Shown: positions 49,451 through 57,444 of the stretch, one piece after another | How the letters are laid out: each line of letters starts with the position of its first letter | How positions within the stretch are numbered: position 1 is the first letter of the stretch | Virus record (IMG/VR): IMGVR_UViG_3300031555_002904 | Length of the DNA: 64,000 bases | Source: a virus | Taxonomy: Duplodnaviria; Heunggongvirae; Uroviricota; Caudoviricetes | Strand: one strand, 5' to 3' | Position numbers and translations under genes: made by a program | Notes under the pieces: generated by a model | Database searches by the model: none | What the model was told of the DNA's origin: nothing | What the model saw: the letters and a program-made list of their open reading frames with translations, nothing else

Positions 49451-49527
49451 ATCTATGATACAATGTACTCACAGTTGAGGGAGCGACGGCAAACCCACAA
49501 CACACTAATGAAACGAGGTAAAGACCA

Positions 49528-50190
49528 ATGAAAACAATGTACGCAACCCTTGATACCGAAACAGTTGGCGGTATCGACCACCCCAAGGGATTTTACAATG
49601 TGGGTGTGGTTATCCACGATAGAGAGGGCAACATCTGTGCGACCACTTCTCTGTTGGTGATGGAGTTCTATGACGAAATCAAGAACGACGACTACGCAAA
49701 GAAGAATTTCCACATCTATGCCGAGCGACTGGCAAGGGGCGAAATCTCCGCAGTTGCCACCGAAGCCGAAGCACTCAACATCGTGCGAAATCTCCTGCGT
49801 TTTTATAATGTCAAGTACATCTGTGCTTACAATTCCGCTTTTGACCTCTGCAAGACCTGTTGCCGTGAGTTGGCTGACGAGTTCCAGTTCATCGACCTTT
49901 GGTTGATGGCATTGCAGACCATTACTCATCAGAAAGGCTATGCCAAGTTCTGTCGAGAGAATGGCTACAAGTCCAAGGGTGGAAAGACTTGTGCCACCTC
50001 TGCCGAAAGTGTGTACGCATACATCAGCGGAAATGGTGAGTACATCGAGGAACACACCGCACTGGCTGACGCACTGATTGAAATGGCAATCTTTGTGCGG
50101 TGTGTCCGCACCCACAAGCACTATACAAAGAATGTGCATTGTTGGGATTGCACCGAGCGAAACAAGGTATTCCCCAAGTGGGCGGTGTAA
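49528..50190 (+). CDS. DEDDh 3'-5' exonuclease
   Basis: LDTETVG (ExoI), AYNSAFD (ExoII), HTALADA (ExoIII). Confidence 0.85.
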   Translation: MKTMYATLDTETVGGIDHPKGFYNVGVVIHDREGNICATTSLLVMEFYDEIKNDDYAKKNFHIYAERLARGEISAVATEAEALNIVRNLLRFYNVKYICAYNSAFDLCKTCCRELADEFQFIDLWLMALQTITHQKGYAKFCRENGYKSKGGKTCATSAESVYAYISGNGEYIEEHTALADALIEMAIFVRCVRTHKHYTKNVHCWDCTERNKVFPKWAV

Positions 50191-50287
50191 CAACCGCCCA
50201 ACCCCCAAAAAAAAGTTGAAAAAACCTCTTGACAAACCGCCAAAAGTGTGCTATAATGAGTTCATCAAAGGAAAGGAACTGATAACT

Positions 50288-50779
50288 ATGAAAAACTTCA
50301 ACTACTCTGTCATCATCACTACCGAGGACAACCGCTTCACCTACGAAACGAATGATGTGCGTGAGGCAATCCGAGCCGTGTTTGAGTGCGACTTCGAGGA
50401 CGCTCACATCTGCATTTGCAACGGCTACACGGGCGAGGTTCTGTACCACAATGGTGAAGAGCCGTGGTGTACCGATGAAATGGCACTGATGATGCTCGGC
50501 TTTGTGGTCGAGCAGGCAGGTGCCGAGGAAGAAGAGGACGAGGACAGCAACCTGCCCACCTGCGGAATGTGCGGTGGTGATGTGGTTAATGGGGTCTGTG
50601 AGTTCTGCGGTCGCAAGGTCGAACCCTACACCGAACGCATCCCCTACATTGGTGAGGTAATGGTTGCTCTTGCCAAGCAGATGGCTGACGAGCTGGGGGT
50701 TGAGGTTATCCCCCTGCCCGGCAGGGACTTGGATGTGTCCCCTTGCTTACTCCCCATTCCCAAGGATCTGCCCTCCTAA
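50288..50779 (+). CDS. Acidic protein with Zn ribbon
   Basis: Own promoter and SD; CGMCGG...CEFCG. Confidence 0.7.
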   Translation: MKNFNYSVIITTEDNRFTYETNDVREAIRAVFECDFEDAHICICNGYTGEVLYHNGEEPWCTDEMALMMLGFVVEQAGAEEEEDEDSNLPTCGMCGGDVVNGVCEFCGRKVEPYTERIPYIGEVMVALAKQMADELGVEVIPLPGRDLDVSPCLLPIPKDLPS

Positions 50780-51076
50780 TGGCTCTTGAGGGGTCGAGCC
50801 AATCGACCCCATCCCACTTGAAAATCCGCTTGGTGGTGCTTGCGGATTAGACAATTCATAATCTCCTTTCTGGCGGTCCGCCACTCCAAAATGGGGTGGC
50901 GGATTGTCGGCTTTTTCGGCGACTCGCTCACGGGCGCGCGAGCCGAAATTTTATTATACCACAGACCCCAGCAATTTGTCAATAGGCAAACCGCACAAAT
51001 AAATCAGCGCAAAATCTCCCATAATTGTGCAACATTACCACTTGCATTTTGGCTCAAGATGTGATAGAATACTATT

Positions 51077-51532
51077 GTCAAGAGGGGACAGCAACTCCCC
51101 ACAGCCGTGAGGTTGAGCCACAGAATGGCGAAAAAAAGTTGAAAAAACCTCTTGACAAACGGCACAAGATGTGCTATAATGAGTATGTCAAGAGGGGACA
51201 GCAACTCCACTCGGTAGGTCGGGTCAAGTTGATGGACAGACCGAAACGAAAAAAAGTTGAAAAAACCTCTTGACAAACCCCACAAAGTGTGGTATAATGA
51301 GTGTGTCAAGAGGGGAACACATCGAGATACTCCCCTATGGATTGGTGGAAACGGAAACACTGCGGATTGAAACCAAGACCCATTGACCAAGTATGTTCGC
51401 CAAAGGGTAGAACGAACGGCAGAATGGTGCGGTAGACTCAGGGCAAGTAAGGACAGAATACAATCCCAATGACGGCATGAGGTCTGTTGTATAATGAAAA
51501 AAGTCCGGAATTTTTTCAGAAAACCTCTTGAC
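51077..51532 (+). ncRNA. Cluster B: three promoter-driven ORF-less RNA units
   Basis: Each begins GTCAAGAGGGGA 7 nt after the -10 box; first two share a 22-nt leader and tail GAAAAAAAGTTGAAAAAA. Confidence 0.55.
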
Positions 51533-51611
51533 AAATTCAACCACTTGTGGTATAATCTAAATGTAATCAAGGACAGGTTCAAGTCCCTAAAACCGAAAGG
51601 AATTGATAACT

Positions 51612-51986
51612 ATGGCTAACACTACCTCTACCCCCAAGCTGACCAAGACTCAGAAGTTCGCTATCATCGCCGAACTGCCCGAGGTCAAGTCCAATCCCAT
51701 GCTGAGCGAGTTCATCGCCCATGAGGTGGAACTGCTCAACAAGAAGAACTCCGCTGAGAAGAAGCCCACCGCTCAGCAGACTGCCAACGAGGGCATCAAG
51801 ACCGCCATTCTGAACGGCATGGAGAGCGGTAAGGCGTACACCGTCACCGAGATCATCAAGTCCGTTCCCGAGTGTGCCGACCTCACCAACCAGCGTGTTT
51901 CCGCTCTGATGCGTCAGATGGTGGAGAGCGGTGCGGTGGTGCGTACCGAGGACAAGCGGAAAGCCTACTTTACCAAGGTAGGCTAA
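51612..51986 (+). CDS. Winged-helix DNA-binding protein, paralogue of 55432-55806
   Basis: YTVTEIIKSVPECADLTNQRVSALMRQMVESGAVVRTEDKRKAYF; strong codon bias. Confidence 0.8.
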   Translation: MANTTSTPKLTKTQKFAIIAELPEVKSNPMLSEFIAHEVELLNKKNSAEKKPTAQQTANEGIKTAILNGMESGKAYTVTEIIKSVPECADLTNQRVSALMRQMVESGAVVRTEDKRKAYFTKVG

Positions 51987-52095
51987 GCCGACCGCCCAAG
52001 GGGGAGAGAAATCTCCCCCACCCACCCCGAAAAAAGTGCTTGACAATCGGGGTAAACTGTGCTATACTGTAAGTACAGAAAGGAAGTGAACCCCG

Positions 52096-52449
52096 ATGGA
52101 AGAGAAAATCCAAAAGCTGATGAAGTCGCTGAACATCAGCCGAGAAGAGGCAATCGACCTCATCGAAGAAGATAAGCGAATCGACAGGGGCGAAAAGTTG
52201 TACGAACTTGACCCCGAACTGGAAAAGGGTGCGAAAAAGGCAAGACAAGCCGACCGCAAGAAGTCCGACACTCCCACCAAGAGAGAGCGAAAGCCGAAAC
52301 CCGAAAAGGCTGAAATCTGCTCCGCTATGATGGCAGGACTTGCGGAACTGGGTGTGGCTGATTTCAACATCACCAACCCCGAGCGAGAGTTCCTATTCAC
52401 CCACAACGGCACGAAGTACAAGGTCACCCTTGCGTGCCCCCGTTCCTAA
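52096..52449 (+). CDS. Hypothetical protein, paralogue of 55905-56273
   Basis: Shared MKxLxxSREEA...EDKxIDRGEK motif. Confidence 0.8.
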   Translation: MEEKIQKLMKSLNISREEAIDLIEEDKRIDRGEKLYELDPELEKGAKKARQADRKKSDTPTKRERKPKPEKAEICSAMMAGLAELGVADFNITNPEREFLFTHNGTKYKVTLACPRS

Positions 52450-52785
52450 GGCTCTCTGAGTGGGGTCGAGCCTATCGACCCCCATCCCAGCGGGGCAGAA
52501 AGAAGACTGCCCAACTGCGGCAAGGGGGTTTTACTGTGGTCGTAGAGCCTAGCCAACCGAATCAAACTCCGAAAAAACTCCCCAGTGTTTGACCACGGCA
52601 CTGGGGAGCGGTTTTGTGCATTTTGACGAAAAATTTGGCCGGGCGCTGACGTGCGTGGCGCCCGGAATTTGCATTATTATACATCCCACACAAATTTTTA
52701 TTCAGAAAAAAAGTTTTACAAAACCCCTTGACAAATCCCGAAAGGTGTGCTATAATTTAGATACAAACCAAGGAGGTAATGACCT

Positions 52786-53001
52786 ATGATGAACTGCTTA
52801 ATCAACCAACTCGACCTGCACCTGCATAACTGCAAAAAGTTCGGTGAGAACCACTTCCCCACCGCCCGCACCTACTTCGACCAAGCTTTTGGTATGTTAC
52901 TGATGGCTTGTGCCTACGACCCCAACAACTGTGCCAAGTATGAACAGCTGTGGAACGAAACCTACAAACCTGCTTTTGAAAAAATAGTTTTCAAAATCTA
53001 A
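52786..53001 (+). CDS. Small early hypothetical protein
   Basis: Own promoter, AGGAGG SD. Confidence 0.7.
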   Translation: MMNCLINQLDLHLHNCKKFGENHFPTARTYFDQAFGMLLMACAYDPNNCAKYEQLWNETYKPAFEKIVFKI

Positions 53002-53101
53002 AAAAAGGGGTTGACAAACCCCACAAAGTATGCTATAATGTAATCACGGTTGGGGGAGCGATGGCAAACCCCCAATACAAAAATGAAATGAGGTAACTAC
53101 T

Positions 53102-53545
53102 ATGTATCGTAACACTTTTTCTCACACTGTCCCCACCATGTTCGCACTGGCAAAGGTAACCGAGCAGTTTCTGCAGAGCCTGCCTGCCGAGTTCACCAAG
53201 AAGCAGTTTGACGAACTGCGTAAGAGTTGCAAGGAACATCCGCTGAGCCTGCAGACCTGCCGCGAGTATGGCTTCATCGTTGTAGCTCGCACCGAGCCTG
53301 CCACCTACACCAAGGAAGAGAGTGTGTGGGTTGACTCCAAGGGTCGCAAGTACAACGAAGAGGAAATGGGTCTGTTTGACCGCAGAGCCATCGCCACTCT
53401 GTTTGACCGCCCGGACTTTGTAGACAGATGGGGTTCTATCTACACTCTGCCTTACCACGAAGAGCCTGTGGAACACGCCTGCGAGCGTAACATCTTCCGT
53501 TTCAATGTGGAAAAGTTCAAGCGTTTTCTCGCAGAAAACGCTTGA
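53102..53545 (+). CDS. Early hypothetical protein
   Basis: Own promoter, GAGG SD; TGA stop inside the next TTGACA. Confidence 0.75.
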   Translation: MYRNTFSHTVPTMFALAKVTEQFLQSLPAEFTKKQFDELRKSCKEHPLSLQTCREYGFIVVARTEPATYTKEESVWVDSKGRKYNEEEMGLFDRRAIATLFDRPDFVDRWGSIYTLPYHEEPVEHACERNIFRFNVEKFKRFLAENA

Positions 53546-53602
53546 CAAATCCCCCAAAGTGTGCTATAATCAAAGTACCAAAAGACGAAAGGAAATGATA
53601 CT

Positions 53603-54028
53603 ATGTTAGAAATCCTGCTCTCTGTACTCATTACTTGGATGGTAATGGGTGCCCTCTACACTTGGAAAGAGGAAACCTGCAACAACACTCTGTGGAACAT
53701 TTTGGACTATGCCATCTCTCTGCCGTGGGTGGTGCTGACGGGTATCTTCATCATCATCTGGTATCCGTTTATGCTGATTTGGAAGTTCATCCGCAACGCA
53801 GTCAAGCCAGTAACCCAAGAGGCTTGGGATAGGGTCAAGATTGAGAAGTATTTCAAGATTGGCAACCTCTACATCTGCTACGACCAAAAGGCAAGAGCAT
53901 TTTGCAACAAGCTGTTCCTTGTGCGAATTGCCAAACCGAGAACCGCAATCGCTCACGACCCTGTGTTGATTGTGATTGATGAGCCGAGTGTTCCCGAGGG
54001 TGAGTTCCGCATTGGCAAGGGGGAGTAA
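53603..54028 (+). CDS. Membrane protein
   Basis: Two hydrophobic segments at N-terminus. Confidence 0.7.
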   Translation: MLEILLSVLITWMVMGALYTWKEETCNNTLWNILDYAISLPWVVLTGIFIIIWYPFMLIWKFIRNAVKPVTQEAWDRVKIEKYFKIGNLYICYDQKARAFCNKLFLVRIAKPRTAIAHDPVLIVIDEPSVPEGEFRIGKGE

Positions 54029-54219
54029 CATCCCCCACAACCCCCATCCGTGTTCGCGGGTGGGGGACATTTTTTGGCCGGCCCTTCACGTACGCGCGGG
54101 CCGGTTTTTCGGCAAAATAACCAGTTTCAACAATTTTTTGGGTAAATCTTTTGTGTAAATTGACACTTGACATTTCCCGTATTTGTGGTATAATACTAAC
54201 AGAAAGTGAGGTAAATAGA

Positions 54220-54693
54220 ATGAATACAAAACTGCTCTTAGTGTTCGTTGTACTGAACATCGCCAATGTCATCATTCAAACTGTAAAATCTATCGCCACT
54301 GTCAAGTGCGGAAAGGCAACCGCCGCAGTTGTCAATGCAGTTGCCTACGGTCTGTATACTATCGTCACTGTCTATTTGATGTGTGAACTTGACCTTTATC
54401 TCAAAGCAGGTATTGTTGCCTTGTGTAACCTTGTCGGTGTCTATGTGGTAAAACTGATTGAGGAAAAGGCACGAAAGGATAAACTGTGGAAAGTGGAAGC
54501 AACCGTTCCTGCCAAGTACCAAGGTGCGGTGCATTTCGATTTGAAAGACATTCCCCACAACTACATTGAGGGTGTCGGCAACTACACCTTATTCAACTTC
54601 TACTGTGCGACCCAAGCCGAGAGTGCGAAAGTCCGTGACATTATCAATCAGTACGAAGCCAAGTACTTTGTGAGTGAAAGCAAGACCCTGTAA
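54220..54693 (+). CDS. Membrane protein, DUF5698/DUF2179-like
   Basis: NVIIQTVKSIATVKCGKATAAVVNAVAYGLY...NLVGVYV plus soluble C-terminal domain. Confidence 0.65.
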   Translation: MNTKLLLVFVVLNIANVIIQTVKSIATVKCGKATAAVVNAVAYGLYTIVTVYLMCELDLYLKAGIVALCNLVGVYVVKLIEEKARKDKLWKVEATVPAKYQGAVHFDLKDIPHNYIEGVGNYTLFNFYCATQAESAKVRDIINQYEAKYFVSESKTL

Positions 54694-54754
54694 AAAGGGT
54701 CTTGACAAACTCAATAATCTGTGCTATAATAACCACAGAAAGGAAGTGAATGAA

Positions 54755-54967
54755 ATGATGAATTTCTTATTTGAAGATACCATCGATGGTGGTTTCTTCT
54801 TTGTACAGTGCAACAGTGTAGAAGAGGCTTACGAAATCATTTGGGAAGAAATCGCTTGCGAACATTCCGGCTTGGTGATGGGGTGTTCCGATGTTCCCGA
54901 CTGGTACGACTATCTCGGTGAGTACACCGACGCACAAACGGAAGCAATGGGATACGACACATTTTGA
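54755..54967 (+). CDS. Small acidic protein
   Basis: Own promoter and SD; terminator at 54966-54990. Confidence 0.7.
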   Translation: MMNFLFEDTIDGGFFFVQCNSVEEAYEIIWEEIACEHSGLVMGCSDVPDWYDYLGEYTDAQTEAMGYDTF

Positions 54968-55162
54968 GCGAGGGGAAACCCTCGCTTTTCCCATTAAGAT
55001 TTGGCGGCCCGCGGACGTATGTGCGCGGGCAGAAATTCCATTATAACAGACCCCCAGCAATTTGTCAAGAGGAAATTTTGCACAAATAATCATTCTGTAA
55101 AATCCCGTTATTTGTGCAAATTACTACTTGCAATTTGCGGTGCGATGTGGTACAATTAAGGA

Positions 55163-55330
55163 GCAATGAGGGTGAGCAACAACGCAGGACAGAGCGAGCC
55201 GAGCGAAAAAAAAGTTGAAAAACCTCTTGACAAATGCCCCAAGATGTGATACAATGTAAGAGCAATGAGGGGAACACCCCAAGCCAAGCGGTTGAAAAAA
55301 AGTTGAAAAAACTTCAAAAAACCTCTTGAC
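55163..55330 (+). ncRNA. Cluster C: two short promoter-driven ORF-less units
   Basis: Both begin GCAATGAGGG and end GAAAAAAAGTTGAAAAA before the next promoter. Confidence 0.45.
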
Positions 55331-55431
55331 AAACCGCACTGAATGTGCTATAATAAGAACACAAAGAGGGAAACCTCTTGTGAATATTACCGACAGGTTC
55401 AAGTCGTAAAAACCGAAAGGAAGTCGATACT

Positions 55432-55806
55432 ATGGCTACTAACACTACCTCTACCCCCAAGCTGACCAAGGCACAGAAGTTTGCTATGCTCCGTGCCATC
55501 CCTGCCGTTGCGGAGAACGCAATGCTGGTCGAGTTTATCGACCACGAGGTCGAGTTGCTGACCAAGAAGAACTCCGCTGACAAGAAGCCCACCGCACAGC
55601 AGGTGCAGAACGCAGGTATCGCCACCGCCATCGTCGAGGGTATGGAACCCAACCGTCTGTACACCGTTACCGAGGTCATCAAGTCCATCCCTGCGTGTGC
55701 TGACCTGACCAATCAGAGGGTGTCCGCCCTGCTCCGCCAGTTGGTCGAGGCTGGCAAGGTCAAGCGTACCGAGGACAAGAGAAAGGCATACTTCTCCCTT
55801 GTCTAA
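55432..55806 (+). CDS. Winged-helix DNA-binding protein, paralogue of 51612-51986
   Basis: Near-identical motifs TTSTPKLTK, KKNSAxKKPTAQQ, DLTNQRVSAL. Confidence 0.8.
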   Translation: MATNTTSTPKLTKAQKFAMLRAIPAVAENAMLVEFIDHEVELLTKKNSADKKPTAQQVQNAGIATAIVEGMEPNRLYTVTEVIKSIPACADLTNQRVSALLRQLVEAGKVKRTEDKRKAYFSLV

Positions 55807-55904
55807 CCCTGCCGAGGGTCGAGGGGGCAATCGCCCCCTCAAAACTCCCTCTTGACAACCTGCCCCAAGTGTGCTGTACTATGTAATGAAAGGGGGCAAC
55901 CACT

Positions 55905-56273
55905 ATGGAAACGCAAGTTGACCGCATTATGAAAAATCTGCGTTGTAGCCGAGAGGAAGCCGAAGCCGTACTTGCCGAGGACAAGAAGATAGACCGAGGG
56001 GAAAAGGTCGATTTTGACTTGACCGACGAGCAACACAAGCAGGCTATGAAGAACGCCAACGCAGGCACACGCACCGCCAAAGAGGGCAAAACCGCACGAA
56101 AAGCACCAGAAAACCCCACAAAAGAGGGTGTAATTGCTAAAATTGCGGAGTTTTTGACCGAAAATGGCTACAATTCCGTCGAAATCACCAACAAAACACG
56201 GCAAATCGCCTTCAAAATTGGTGAAGATGCCTACGAATTGACGCTAATCGCTAAACGCAAGCCGAAAAGTTGA
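55905..56273 (+). CDS. Hypothetical protein, paralogue of 52096-52449
   Basis: Shared motifs; terminator at 56275-56301. Confidence 0.8.
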   Translation: METQVDRIMKNLRCSREEAEAVLAEDKKIDRGEKVDFDLTDEQHKQAMKNANAGTRTAKEGKTARKAPENPTKEGVIAKIAEFLTENGYNSVEITNKTRQIAFKIGEDAYELTLIAKRKPKS

Positions 56274-56474
56274 GAAAAACCGCCTAAAATGGGCGGTTTT
56301 TCGCGTTTTTGTGTAATTTTTTGTGCGGTTTACATAATTTTCGGCCGCCCGCAGACAAATGTCGCGGGCGTTATTTAGCATTTTGCACAACCCAGGCATT
56401 TTTTCAAATCGAATTTTTGTGCACTATTACCACTTGCATTGTCCCGCAATTATGGTATAATACTATTGTCCGAT

Positions 56475-56571
56475 GGGGATGGGCTGGCTAGGAAAGTCAG
56501 AGGATGCTTTGGTCTAAGCCTTCATCCTGCCGAGGGTGTGCAAGGGGGTTCGATTCCCCCCATCTCCACCA
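56475..56571 (+). tRNA. Non-canonical tRNA-like RNA: Ala-type acceptor, CUA in anticodon-position loop
   Basis: GGGGATG/CATCTCC-A-CCA acceptor with G3:U70; T-arm GGGGG-TTCGATT-CCCCC; 6-bp D-like stem; own promoter at 56434-56461. Confidence 0.7.
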
Positions 56572-56640
56572 AAAAAAGTGCTTGACAAATGGCACAAAGT
56601 ATGCTATAATAAGTTCATCAAATGAAGGAGATTGATACCC

Positions 56641-57246
56641 ATGAGAAACATTAAACTTTTCGAGCGTGAGTTGGCGCTCATCGTAAATGAAGACCTGCGC
56701 ATGGCTACCAAGTCTTATCTGGAAGAAGCCACACCTGACTACTTTTGGACGGACGGCGCATCCAGTTCCGGCAAGTATCATCCGAAGTTCGCCCACGGCA
56801 TCGGCGGTACTATTCGCCACACCAAGGCAGTTGTGATGTTTGCAGAAGAGTTGCTCCGCATGAGTTCCTATGCGTACATGAGAGCAGAGTACAAGGATTA
56901 TGTCATTGTCGCCTGCCTTATCCACGACACGAACAAGTACGGCATCAAGGACTTTGACAAGTCCCAGTACGCAGACCATGCACGAAACGCCGCCGAGAGT
57001 TTCACCCATTGGTGCGAGGAACAGTACGGATTTACTCCCCATTTCTTGCTGACAAATGCGGTTGCAAGCCACATGGGGCAGTGGTCTACCGACAGAGAGG
57101 ACAGACCTTTTACTTCCGTAGACAGATGTGTTCACATGGCGGACTACATGGCAAGCCGTTCTTTCATCGACATTCCTGCAATCAGCGAGGAATACAGCAC
57201 GATTGCGTGCGAATGGGCGGCTCAAAACCACGAACTGCCTTTCTAA
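56641..57246 (+). CDS. HD-domain phosphohydrolase
   Basis: ASSSGKYHP...RHT...LIHDTNKYG...SHMGQW...VHMADYMASR. Confidence 0.85.
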   Translation: MRNIKLFERELALIVNEDLRMATKSYLEEATPDYFWTDGASSSGKYHPKFAHGIGGTIRHTKAVVMFAEELLRMSSYAYMRAEYKDYVIVACLIHDTNKYGIKDFDKSQYADHARNAAESFTHWCEEQYGFTPHFLLTNAVASHMGQWSTDREDRPFTSVDRCVHMADYMASRSFIDIPAISEEYSTIACEWAAQNHELPF

Positions 57247-57318
57247 AAAAAACGAAAAAGGGGGTTGACAAAACCCCCAAGGTATGCTATAATACATTCA
57301 GAAAGTGAGGTGCAGATT

Positions 57319-57444
57319 ATGAACTGCTTGAAGTGCCCTAACTACTGGAAAACCGACATTGACGAAACCAAGTGCGACCAGTGCGGAACGCAAGAACAGC
57401 CGACCGCAGACCCTAAGGAAAGCGAGGACAAGAACAATGGCTAA
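57319..57444 (+). CDS. Small Cys-rich peptide, 41 aa
   Basis: Own promoter, GTGAGG SD; CLKCPN...CDQCG. Confidence 0.55.
   Translation: MNCLKCPNYWKTDIDETKCDQCGTQEQPTADPKESEDKNNG

Larger units (their letters stand above)
42777..57293 (+). promoter_or_regulatory. Array of ~36 near-consensus early promoters, one per cassette
   Basis: TTGACA (or TTGCAT/TTGACT)-17-TATAAT/TACAAT, mostly with extended TG; -35 at about 42777, 43249, 43452, 43920, 44205, 44777, 45028, 45511, 46261, 46401, 46518, 46818, 47501, 47978, 48373, 48596, 49232, 49436, 50229, 51042, 51152, 51270, 51528, 52040, 52728, 53011, 53542, 54167, 54702, 55128, 55227, 55326, 55852, 56434, 56582, 57265. Confidence 0.9.

Noticed and set aside
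46290-51315. GTCAAGAGG leaders as leftward -35 boxes
   Set aside because: No -10 hexamer 16-18 nt downstream on the minus strand in the four units checked
42739-52630. Spo0A-box-like TGACGAA at ~42739, 48314 (reverse) and 52624
   Set aside because: A 7-mer present in only 3 of 11 elements; chance cannot be excluded
55157-55250. Micro-ORF after TAAGGAGCA-ATG
   Set aside because: SD is 2 nt from the ATG and lies upstream of the predicted transcription start; frame runs through the next promoter
46261-55330. CRISPR array
   Set aside because: Repeats are promoter sequences of uneven spacing, spacer lengths vary widely, and no cas genes are in the window
56475-56571. Full tmRNA (ssrA) or canonical tRNA-Gln(CUA)
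   Set aside because: Only 97 nt with no tag reading frame; acceptor end and anticodon arm are not canonical for tRNA-Gln
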